Made by a program: the position numbers and the translations under genes. Below the pieces are notes generated by a model, which was not told the DNA's origin, did no database searches, and saw only the letters and a program-made list of their open reading frames with translations. From NCBI GenBank assembly GCA_002633005.1, contig NMRA01000224.1:459642-523641 (forward strand): DNA of 64,000 nucleotides, in the 5' to 3' direction. Position 1 is the stretch's first letter; each line of letters starts with the position of its first letter. Source of the DNA: Phoronis australis. Lineage: Eukaryota > Animalia > Phoronida. Shown piece after piece: positions 26,729 to 38,346 of this stretch.

Positions 26729-26910
26729 TTTCATGCTCTCCAAATGTCCCATCCCTTTGGCTATTTGCCAAGTAAATGACATTAGATCTTTGTTATCCAT
26801 TAACATGGGGTAGGAATGGTCGCTTCGTCCCGCTATCAGATCTTTGTTTCTTAAATAATTGAGAAGGTTGCCATGCTTTGCATACTCGAGCACCATCATA
26901 AAACAACCAC
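26729..26910 (-). CDS. RTK kinase exon, subdomains V-VIa (GCFMMVLEYAKHGNLLNYLR...DLMSFTWQIAKGMGHLESMK)
   Basis: EYAKHGNL and QIAKGM motifs; 182 bp, phase 1 to 0. Confidence 0.95.
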
Positions 26911-26952
26911 CTGTCACAAAATACAATTAATGATTAAACTTGTTCTAGCTAG

Positions 26953-27108
26953 GCAGTGGCGGATCTAGGGAGGGGGGCCATGGATCACCAAAAATTCTCC
27001 CAGATTCCATTCGGCAATTGGGAAGTGCGAATGTCTGACGGGCAAAATCCTGGCTAACACTTTGCCCAGCCCCCCCCCCCCTTATCCTTAAATCCTGGAT
27101 CCGCCCTT
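26953..27108 (-). repeat. Copy of the GGCGGATCCAGGA short repeat
   Basis: Reverse complement of the 12443 and 14151 copies. Confidence 0.6.
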
Positions 27109-27119
27109 GCTTGGAAAAG

Positions 27120-28264
27120 AAAGTAAGTATGTAAATACGTAAGTAAGTAATTTTTTATTATAGTGACATGTGTTCAAATGGATTTAAACAATAAATAGGT
27201 AACAAAACAGGAACACCCAGCCCTCCACAAGGCTTATATATCACTTTAGATACATGACAAACAAAAAATAAAACAATTGTACACGCATTGCAAGACGACC
27301 AAAAAGAGAACAAAGTGATAAGAGTGATAACACAAAAATGAATTTTTCCTTACTTCTTAAATATTTTTGATGAAAACTGAAGTTTTTCCGATATTATTTT
27401 TTGCATAATTGTAATTAATTTATTTCCACAGCTTTCTGCAAGAAATCGTGGATATTTGATTTCAACTTGACAGTAAAAGGTGTTTCTGGCATCTAAGAAA
27501 AACGGACAGAAAATGTACTTCAGTTTCGACCCAACCAGAGTGACAAAGACAGCAAATTCTACCATCAAATTCCAGAAAACGAACACGCCCAACCTCAACC
27601 AATAGCTGTAGGGTTCCGGTTCTAATTTGAGCAAGAATTGACCTACAGGGCCGAGTTAAGTCCAACTGCACGTAAGGCTCAACTTCAAAAACATTCGTCA
27701 TCAAAACATAGGTTCTTAACTTTGGTTTCGAACGGCATTCAAACAACCACTTATTTCAAGCCAAATCATGCAAAATATTCTTACAGTGAGAAAGATTAAC
27801 CGAGCGTAAGTTATGAAAACAATCCGAAATCCCTAATTCTTCAAATATGTTCAAAACTTCAGAAGGCCAATTATTAGAACAGGTAGTGTAGTCCCACCAA
27901 AATATTCGATATGCTAGTCTATCTTCCTCGAAATTAATAACACGATTCCACATTCTCAAAAGCTCAATTTTCCGCCTAACACTGGGGAATGCCCACCCCA
28001 TGTCACCCACAACAGCATGATTAGAAGCGAATTTGTGAACGCCCAAGAAAAACCGCTAGGCCCAATTCTGAATAACATCATAATCTTGTAAACTAGAGTC
28101 CCCCGGACACCTACACAATAGTCGCTAACAGGCACAACACATGCATTCCATAATGTAGTGAATGTTCTGTACCTCATATTTTTATTCTTTTTAAATTTAT
28201 TAATGTAAACGCCCAAAGCTCTTCCGGCAGATTCGAACAGAGTTTTAGCAGTTTCAGAAAACAC
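27120..28264 (-). mobile_element. RTEX-like non-LTR retrotransposon 3' fragment
   Basis: GDMGW, SKPKLRTY, LAQIRTGTLQLLVEVGR and RICCLC..VETEVHFL motifs; 3' AATAAA followed by a (TTAC)n tail. Clade assignment is tentative. Confidence 0.75.
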
Positions 28265-28312
28265 CTATTATTGAAATCTCTTGTTCTATTTTCACCGACC
28301 TCTTGTCTATTT

Positions 28313-28362
28313 ACACTGTCACGACGTTTCGGTCGGTCTATTCTCCGGCCATCGTCAGGTGT
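28313..28362 (-). ncRNA. Hammerhead-ribozyme-like motif
   Basis: acac CTGACGA t GGCCGG-agaataga-CCGACC GAAA cgtcgtgaca gtgt: canonical CUGANGA and GAAA boxes; stem III region imperfect. Confidence 0.6.
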
Positions 28363-28418
28363 TCTCGTGTTCTTAGAAGAACGAGCACGGATATGCGGTA
28401 CACTCGTGGTGTGAATTT

Positions 28419-28502
28419 TGTCCGAAGCAGGATTTGAACCCACGACTTCTGAAACTTCAGATAATTTGAGTCCAGCACCTTAACCATTCATCCATTTACT
28501 TA
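28419..28502 (-). pseudogene. tRNA-Leu(CAA)-like degenerate sequence
   Basis: Minus strand: atggatgaatggttaaggtgctggactCAAatt...gtcgtgggttcaaatcctgcttcggaca. A-box and B-box, long variable arm, 3' end like Leu tRNAs; the stems are imperfect. Confidence 0.6.
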
Positions 28503-30339
28503 GAGGGAATTTTATTATACTTCAATAACCTTCCTAAGTAGACTGAGCCCGGTGTCACTAGGTTGTTTGCTTGGCTGACTGAAGACGTTGCCTTGTACTT
28601 TCATGCACATGGCTTCTTTGATCTTTCTCTTGGTCCAAGCTGTTTCACTGTCAAGAATTCGGATGTTATTCCACTGGATATTGTGTTGTTTCGACCACAT
28701 GTGTTCTGTTACTCCATGATGAGTTATTACCCTCTCTTATGTTCAGCAATTCTTGTCTCCAGTGGCCTTAATGTTTCACAGATATACGATTCACCACATT
28801 CACATGGGATTTCGTAGATGACATTTTTCTTTTCCCCATGTCAGTTCTTGGTTTGACTTTTGTCAGTCACCACTTGAGACTGGGCAAAATTTGTGCCTCA
28901 ATGACTGAACAATTGACTAATGGGATAAAATGTTGCTTCTTTGCATAATACACCAGAAATACGCTATACAAAAACAATTTAGTTGAATGATCTCTGTGAA
29001 TGTGCACACAGAATATAAAAATAATAGGTTATTCTGACAGTGTTTAGCAAACACTATGAAAAAATGATCAAAGTATGTAAATTCTATGACTAAATCAACA
29101 AATACAATTCACAGCTCACACTTTTTTAATACAAAAGTAAAACGAAATAACGAGGTTGGAGAAGTTGGCGGTCTATTTAAGGTTGACCTGTCAAAGAACT
29201 ATCCATTGTTATGCAGTCAGTGTTGCTGATGTTACTACAGTTGTCACGACTGCCCATTTCTGTACAGTTTAACTCAGCATTGCATCACAAACTCAGTTTC
29301 CCTGCACACGCGTTCTTTTTGCACTACCAGCATATATCGTTTAGCACTGCCAATGGAGCTGTGGGCATTGCCTTCCATTTAAACTACAGAGCTCCATCGC
29401 CAAGGAGACAACTGTGGCCGATTAAAGAAGGTACGGTACTGCACACTGGTGATTCGCCAGCGTGCAATGAAGGGTTAAACACTGAGACCTTGTTTGGAGG
29501 CAGGCAGGATTTAGGCAAATGTTTGATTCAAAACATGTTATAATGGGCTGTTTTCATTTGTGTGTCACTTTCGTCTCTCTTAGTTGGACACAACTGCAAC
29601 AATGAGTAACTTCAACAGTCGTTTCTTAAGATGGCCTGTCCAGATAACTTCATGCACACCAGCTTTCTGAAGAACAGCTTCAAAGTCTTGCTTTAGTTTT
29701 GAAAGGCAAAAGACATCTCCGTGTGTTAGAAGCTTTGATTCAATGAACTCCAAACAAAATTGTAGAAAAACATCTCTGAAAACTGTGGATTCTTCACTCT
29801 TCACAATCTTCGTCTTCCTATTTCTTTTAGCATGATGATCTGTGGTACTTGGCTTCCTAAGCCACAAGGTCTTCATCTTTGAATTTCACTTGCATATTTA
29901 GGTCTCCAAACTGAGCTGTTGCTAAGTTGCTTGCGATACAAGTCCAACTGAGAAAACTGTAACACTAATTTAACATTTAACTACGCGCGAGTTGGCATGC
30001 ATTTTTTTCAGACAGTCGTATCCGGAATTGATCCACTCCCACCAAAACAAATTTACACGCCGTCTGATCTGCTGCCTAAAAATGTTGACCGTCTAACATT
30101 AGATTAGTTGTTGCAACTGAAAATAAGTCAGCTGACATACAACTGCAGTGACTGAAATTTAATTTCTTTTAATCATTAGGCACTTCAATTTCATTACCAT
30201 TACAGCCACCTAAGTAATTAAAGTTTATGAAAAATTGAGAATAGGTTCCCCCTGTCCCAAGATTAAGGCGGGGGATAAGGGCCTCGTGTTGACTGCAACC
30301 ATCTACTCCATTTAACCTTCTCAAAAATTTTTGACTTAA

Positions 30340-32801
30340 AGTCCTTCTCTCAAACTGCCCATGTGGTTCCAGTATCCGAAAATACTTACTACATAAAATC
30401 ATATTTTCGACACCCTTTCTTTATATTCTTTTCGCCTTTCTTACCAAAAGCGATTTTTGAACAGTATTTGACCTTTCTCTCTGAGCGTATGATTACCGGT
30501 TGTTATCGGTTATTTCCGTACCCACATTTCCGGCTCATCAGTTCAGGAACCTGTCCTGAAAGCCGCCATTTTTTCCTTGTAACTGAATGTGCTATCGCTT
30601 GCTCGAAAGTCTTCATTATTTTGTTTTGTTAGTAATATCTCGTGATGCGTTTGCATATGTAGTGTATTTATAGTTTGTAGTTAGTGGTCGTTGATGTTTT
30701 TTAGAATGTTACAGGTACTTAGTATGTTAAAATAGCATTGGTGTCTGGTTCCTTACGAAGGCCGGTCGAACCTAGGAACCAATATGGGTCGAACCTATTT
30801 TTTTCGGTTTTAATTTTTTTTCTCGTTTTGAAAAAGTACTTTGCTATCATCGGAAATGTAGTGCATTCTACTCAGTAAAAATCGAAAAAGTATCAAAATC
30901 GGGGCAAGCAGTGTAAAGTTATTGCAAGCTTTGTGGCGAAATTTGGGTCACTTTGTTTGGATCGCGTCGACCACATTGGAGGACAGCGGGATAAGTTACG
31001 AGTTTAAAACTTTGTGTAAATTGTTTTTGCGAACAAATTACGGTGAAATTTAGTTAGACATATCTTTACTTACTATTCTGTATGATTTAACAGTGTTCAC
31101 CAAATTTCAGCCTCGCAGTTGTTACTCATTAAGTGATAAATGTGCTCATAATTCCCGTTGGACTTCGTCTCATTTCTGGCGGCACCGACAACATGGCGAC
31201 CTTTGCTGAACTGAAAGGCATGTTCAATCGGTTACTTTGTAATTTGTGAAGATTTAACGTTGATACATTTTGACAAACGTTGCTACAAATAAGAAACTTT
31301 GTTCAATTTTTGTGTTTTTTGTGCAAAAATATAAGATATATTCGAATTAGTTTACTGTAAATTTCCCATTCAGGTGATCTTATACTAAGCTAGAAAAATA
31401 GTTGAAATAATTTTGAAATGGTTTTTTGTTTGACTGTCAACTGCTGTTCAAGACTTGATTTGGTGTCACAAAATGATTCACGTTTTTCTAAATTTTAAGT
31501 CTCCATTGCTTTCAAGTCATGTTTTGTAACTTATTGCTTCTTAATTCAGGTTATCAAGTCAACAATATGAATAATCTTGATTTGAGAAATAAGCTATGTT
31601 GGATTGTGAAGCGTCAAGCCTCTAATTCTTCCTCCTTGCAACTTCTTATTTTTTTAAATGATGCTTGTCAAATTCTGGTGTAAGGAAACACTATTCCGTC
31701 ACCATGGTAATAGTTACATGTATGTCCACTTTCATATCATCGAAACTGTTGCTGTTGAATAGTGTTTGCAATGCTAAATGTTGCACATTTGGGTTAATGA
31801 ATAAAAAATGATAACATGTTGTATTGGACTTGTCATACTTATGTGCTCGAACGAGCCCCCTTTTTGGAGAACTGGAAAAAGGTCTGCCTCAGTCACAGAA
31901 GTACGAATTCCGAAAAAAGTAGAAAATGAGACCATATTCCACTAGAAGACAGGAAGTACCGAAATTTAGAGTCTGCAATTCATAGCTCTGAACATACCCA
32001 CTGAATCTTATAGTAAAAGATAGACATTCCCAAAAATTCCAGCCCCCCCCCCATTCTTTTAGGCTTGGTGCGCTCACACAAATCTGGGAAAGTCTCTATT
32101 GAAAGCCAACAACTTTGCACAGTTCGCCAGAAGCCTCGTTTGAGCGAGCGCTGTGGCCAGCGACCAGTTAGGCCTAAGGGTAACCTTGGCGCAAAGCTGT
32201 ATAGGTGACTGAGGCTAACTAAGGTCTGCCGCGGCAGTGTGACACAGGACTAACCAGACTGTAATTTCATGCAAGTGTCTAAAACTACCATTGAATATAT
32301 GCAGCATTTATGATTTGACCATTTTACTTCGATAAAACAGCTTGCAACCGCATGCATTTACCGTTCGCCAGTGTCTGGTCTCGATCCGCACCGCCGGGGG
32401 CCGATAGACTGCGGTCCCGAGTCTGGCAAAATAATTTCTGTCAAAATTTTTTCGCCACATTTCTTCAGCAAATTCGATAAAATTGTTCGTAGTTTGATTT
32501 TATTAAAATTAAGGCGCGCTGTCGATTATTCTATCCCCGATTGCTGGCTGGTAACAGTACAGGCGCTGCTGCAGTCGCACTGACGGCGTTTTCTCGGCCT
32601 GGGTTCCTGAATGAATTGTATTTCCGGGTTCGCGGCAAGTTCAAAATGGCGATGGTTCTTCGGTGCGAATCGTGAGTGGCGCGTTCATTTAAACTTTTTT
32701 CGAGTACGGATCTTGTATTAGTTATAGGGTAAGTACTTCTTGGATCCTTATAACATCCTCTAACCATGTAATAAGGGTTAACAACTCGTGAGAGAAGGAC
32801 T
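30340..32801. mobile_element. Non-coding Kolobok-like DNA transposon
   Basis: TIRs AGTCCTTCTCTCA / TGAGAGAAGGACT with TTAA TSD. The empty site (gcactTTAAgtc) is present at about 56381-56392. Confidence 0.8.
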
Positions 32802-35782
32802 TTAAAGTGCTTAAAATCACATGCACAGTATCACGCCTTATGATTATCCCCTGGCGCAAGAAGTGTCAATGTGGTAACTGAACAAAGGAGTGTTCAAAAA
32901 ACAGGATTGCAGAAGTATCTGTTTATAGTCCGGTCCCTTAGCAGCCAAAAACCCCAAAACATTTACAACCCGGATTAAAGCACCAAACTTGGCACACAGG
33001 TCCTTTGACACACGCTGAATCTCATGGGGGTCAGTTGCCCGAAATTTGAGGCCAAGGTCAAGGTCAAATGAAGGTCAAAGTTCATAAAGTCAAATTTTTT
33101 GAAATGGCTCGACAGGTAATATCAGCTTCATTACTGTTTCAGATGATTATCAGGAAGCTTTTTTAAATTCAAATTATTGTTGAAAACTTGTACACATAAG
33201 TTAAATGCAAAAAAAAGTGATTTTCAGGATACTTAAGACGGTAATTAACATAATTAATAGAGCATGTATATTTTCGATGAAAATAAGTCTTTTTTGTTTT
33301 CTCCCGCTGAGAAAAACTGTCAAACTGGCATAATTTTGCATTAAATCAACTCCAGCATGGTTTATCTTTAAAAGAAATTCATTTTTGGATGTCTTTGTGA
33401 AAAATATTTGCGGTTAATCAAGTAACAAATCGTCCGAGATTACAGGAAATCGGACATCTCCCCGCTACATTTCAAGGGACAATTGTAGAAACTTTTATCA
33501 TCATTTTTAATTTTATCATAGCTAATGGTAATTTTTTCAATCAATGTGTAGTTACATTTTGGTTTGAAGTTGATTGTGACATAAATTAAACCAATTAAAG
33601 TAATTAAGGTAATTTAAGGTTTCCAGTAGGACAAAATAACAAAGCAGGTTTTACTTCTATCACAACTCAGACAGACTTTATATATCTGAGATCACAATAA
33701 TGTGAAGTCCTAGCTGCACTAAAATTTAAAACAGGTCTAGGCATAATTAATTATGTTGAGGAACACATGTTATAAACAAAAGTCTAATTTTAAACTTTGC
33801 TTCCATGTAATTGTTTATGTCTAACAACTGAAGCTTAACCTTGCTCATCCAGACAACAGTATTCAAGCTCTGAGACTCACAGAATGTTGACATCCAGTTC
33901 ATTGTTCTTGTTATATTATTTGGAATGAGATTTACTAATTTAGGTAAGTACACTTTTGATTAACTATGTAAATAAATAAACATTCTATTCTGATTTAATT
34001 GATTGGATACAATACTTTTGGTAGACTCAAGCACATTGGATTTCATGTTTAAATCACTACAGTACCCATTCACATGCTGTAAGTGGTTTAATAAAACCTA
34101 AGAGTCCAATTTTCCGACAGCCCACTATTCTGATAAATAAACACACAAAAGTTACCCTTTAATTCCACAGTACCATATTCCAAAGGCCCCGTTGTTTGAG
34201 CAAGGCGCTACTCCAGATTCACTGACTAGTAAGTGCCTGACAACCCAATGTTCTAAAACGTTACCCTTTATCCTGAAAGCAGACGACATAACTACATTTT
34301 CTGAATAACAGGTCCCAGCCACAATAAATAAGAGTTCTTGCATGGGCAAAATTTTAGAACTGTTGTCTGTAGAAACTATGAATAAACATCTGGAACATTC
34401 GGCCGTTGGAACAATTTCTTTTCCTTGCTACGCGTGAACTATGCAAAATATTTATTTCCTACATGTTTTTGAAAATGTCCCTTTTCATAAAATAAAATGG
34501 CTACAAGGCTTTTCAGTTTCATTTTAGAATGGCAAATAACAACGAAGATACTGAGTCAGTTATTGATTGGTTGAAATGCTGCATCTGTGGTCATGATGAC
34601 AGAACTCCACTCAGAAGCCCTGCTGAACGAACTGATGGGGGAAGTTTGGAAAGTTATGCGACATTTCTTCAAAATGTAGAAGAGTTCTATGAAATTGATG
34701 CTCTTCCAAGCCCAGTGCTTTGCTTCAGACGATGTAACGTGCAAGATATACTCCATCATAAAGCAAAATGGCATCAACAATGTCACGTAAAGTTTGCTCA
34801 TTCAAAACTGGAAAGAATAAGAGAGAGGGTTATCAAGCGCAAACGCAGCAACGTTGAATGCAGACAGTCAAAACGCCAGTCCCTGGACAAAAAGTCAAAT
34901 GCATGCATTTTTGCAACGGGACAAACGGTGAACTACACAACTGCTCAACCTTACAGTTAGACTCCAGCCTACGAAAGATGGCAGCAGGGATGAATGATGA
35001 AGCCTTGCTTGCAAAGTTGTCTGGGGGAGACTTTATTGCAATTGAAGATTGCTATCACAACAAATGCTTAACTTATTTCAAAAATCTATACAGAAGTAAA
35101 ATCAGAGAAAATGAAGAAAGCGACTTCAGTAGAAATCTGAAGCTATCACAAACTTGCCAAACCCGTGCATTCTCGGAACTTGTATTGCACATTGAAAACA
35201 AAGTTGAAGATGGAATTTGCATGCATAAGCTATCTGAACTGCACAGCTTGTGTGAACATCGTCTTTCTGTTTTGGGTCTACCTATATCGGTGAACAGGTC
35301 AAGGCTGAAATCACAACTGCTTTCTCATTTTGGCAATGATTGCAAAGAACAAGTTGATGGAAATATGTATTGCTTGTTTTCAGCAGTGGTATTCAGAAGT
35401 TTCTCAAGTCGACACTTCTTGGCCAGCAAGAAGCCATTACAACACAACACATTGTCTCTAAACATCGGAGACAAATGTTTGAACACCAATCATTCAAGTT
35501 TTGCGGCTCTTTTCCAGAAGGATGCCAACCATTATAGGTCCCTGAGAGCCTTACTACATTCGTCTCCATGCTTCTTTATAGCAGTAATATAACCGATCCA
35601 AGCTTTGAACTTACTCAGCCATGTCTAACAATTAGCCAACTTATAATGTTCAATGCGAAGCAGTCTACTCCAACATTAAGTACATGTAAATCGCGTCACA
35701 CAAAGGCCCGTGAACCACCACTGCCCCTTTATGTGGGACTCAACATCCATGCCTCATCCCGAAGCAACAAACTGATCAATCA

Positions 35783-38346
35783 CTGTCCGAAGACAACCTC
35801 AGTGCACTTATTATTCCAGAATACAACATTGCCTACCACACTAACGCCGGGAGTGGGTTGATCTTGTTTGTCCACAACTCCGTAAATAAAATTATACAAA
35901 CAATGAGTAACTGATGGATTGAACTTCACGTCAAACACAAAAAGGTATATTACGGTTTTTTTCTATCGCTCACCCTCACAGACGTCTCATGAAAGGAGAG
36001 CAAATTTCAAAACCTTTTCAGAACAATTGCAAGAACTCTCTCAAACTAATAAAACAATTGTTATCAACGGGGATTTCAACGCAAGAAATAGTACTTGGTA
36101 CTCAGAAGACAATGACAACCAAGCCCGTCTCGAATTATTCGATATTCTCCTCACAAATGACTGTATACAACTAATAAACGAGCCGACACGTTTAACAGAG
36201 TATTCACATTCTTGCCTTGATTTATGTATAACAAACAATCTCGGATTCATTGAATCCACTTCTGTAAGGCCTCCCATTGGTAACTCAGACCACCACGTTA
36301 CAGAAACAACATTCACACTCAACTGCGCACATAAAGAACCAGACATTATGAAGAAGATCTGGAATTACAACCTCATTAACATGGACAAACTGCGCTCTGA
36401 CATAACCACATTCAACTGGACTGAAATACTTTACAAAGGTGACATAAATGACGCAGTCTCAATATTCACACAATCACTCTACAACATATTAGATAATAAT
36501 ATCCCATCAACCATGAAAACAATAAAAAACAAGAACAAACCGTGGTTTAACAATAACATTAAGTCTGAAATAAATAAAAGAAATAAACTGTACAGATCGT
36601 TCAGAAGATCAAATAATCCATGCACGTTCAAGTGCTACAAAGAACAGTGCAAGAGTGTGGAAGAACTAATTAAAAAGACAAAACAAGACTATAAGATGAA
36701 AGTTATCTCCAATATCAAAAATGTCTCCAAAAATTCTAAGGAATATTGGGATATAGTAAACAAAATTCGAGGACAGGTAAAGCAATCATCATACCCCACC
36801 ATCCACTCAAAAGAATCCAACTCTCAGGCGTCATNNNNNNNNNNNNNNNNNNNNNNNNNNNNNNNNNNNNNNNNNNNNNNNNNNNNNNNNNNNNNNNNNN
36901 NNNNNNNNNNNNNNNNNNNNNNNNNNNNNNNNNNNNNNNNNNNNNNNNNNNNNNNNNNNNNNNNNNNNNNNNNNNNNNNNNNNNNNNNNNNNNNNNNNNN
37001 NNNNNNNNNNNNNNNNNNNNNNNNNNNNNNNNNNNNNNNNNNNNNNNNNNNNNNNNNNNNNNNNNNNNNNNNNNNNNNNNNNNNNNNNNNNNNNNNNNNN
37101 NNNNNNNNNNNNNNNNNNNNNNNNNNNNNNNNNNNNNNNNNNNNNNNNNNNNNNNNNNNNNNNNNNNNNNNNNNNNNNNNNNNNNNNNNNNNNNNNNNNN
37201 NNNNNNNNNNNNNNNNNNNNNNNNNNNNNNNNNNNNNNNNNNNNNNNNNNNNNNNNNNNNNNNNNNNNNNNNNNNNNNNNNNNNNNNNNNNNNNNNNNNN
37301 NNNNNNNNNNNNNNNNNNNNNNNNNNNNNNNNNNNNNNNNNNNNNNNNNNNNNNNNNNNNNNNNNNNNNNNNNNNNNNNNNNNNNNNNNNNNNNNNNNNN
37401 NNNNNNNNNNNNNNNNNNNNNNNNNNNNNNNNNNNNNNNNNNNNNNNNNNNNNNNNNNNNNNNNNNNNNNNNNNNNNNNNNNNNNNNNCCATGTATACAT
37501 TCAAAGTCTTAACCAACATAAACAATTACTCTAACAAAATCCTCTTTGACTCCTACAAAAGACCAAGCACGAGACCAGGACTCCGGCAAAGCAATATGTA
37601 TACTATTCCAGCCTCCATCAGCCAAGCCTTCAGAAGATCAACGATATTAACTTGTATTGACAACTGGAATTCCTTACCATTCAAAATAAAGAAAGCACTT
37701 CAATCGTCACTCTCAAAAAATAACTTTAAAATGCATACCACTACTCCAGACTTGCCCGTCCCATTGACATCATTCCAACTTCCCCGCAACCACGAAATAA
37801 CCCTAAACAGATCAAGATGTGGTCTATTCCTAAACAACGAGAAATTTAGACATAATTTTAATAATATTTCGCCTCTGTGTTCCTGTGGAGATATCCAGAC
37901 ATAACCTCATGTTTTCTTTGCTTGTGAGGTATGCAAGGAGGAGAGGATACAGCTCTTCCAGGCACTCGAACAATACCCCAATGTTTATAAAAATATTCTG
38001 AAATTCCGCAATTGTACAACAAAATTAATTTCTTTCTATATGGATGTCAAGAACTTAACTTAAACGAAAATAAGGTTTTATTTGAAATAGTGTCAGAATT
38101 TCTTTATAACATTAAATCTCTTTGTGTGAGTGGATAGAATTTTATACATCTGTATAAAAATGAATTATTTTCATTCGTTGTCATATATCATTGTATTCTT
38201 AACATCAGTTTTTTATTTATGTATTTGTATATAATCATTGTATATAGACTTCTTTGTATTTTTTACCCAGATCTAATGCCTCTTGGCGCTTTCTGAATTA
38301 TGTATATTCATTGTATTCTGAAGATTTCGTAATAAACATTAAAAAA
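35783..38346 (+). mobile_element. 5'-truncated CR1/L2-group LINE inserted in the Academ ORF
   Basis: APE motifs YRSP, GDFNAR, PTR, LDL and SDH; C-terminal SPLCSCG..H..C; AATAAA plus poly(A); AATCA TSD at 35778-35782 and 38347-38351. Confidence 0.9.
36835..37488. other. Assembly gap inside the LINE
   Basis: Run of N. Confidence 0.99.

Larger units (their letters stand above)
28270..28870 (-). mobile_element. Penelope-like element 3' end (GIY-YIG domain and 3' region)
   Basis: NVIYEIPCECGESYICETLRPLETRIAEH and HMWSKQHNIQWNNIRILDSETAWTKRKIKEA. Confidence 0.85.

Noticed and set aside
28419-28502. Functional tRNA-Leu gene
   Set aside because: Acceptor and anticodon stems do not pair properly; kept only as a tRNA-derived sequence.
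25386-37534. Long ORFs filled with X
   Set aside because: Artefacts of translating through N gaps.
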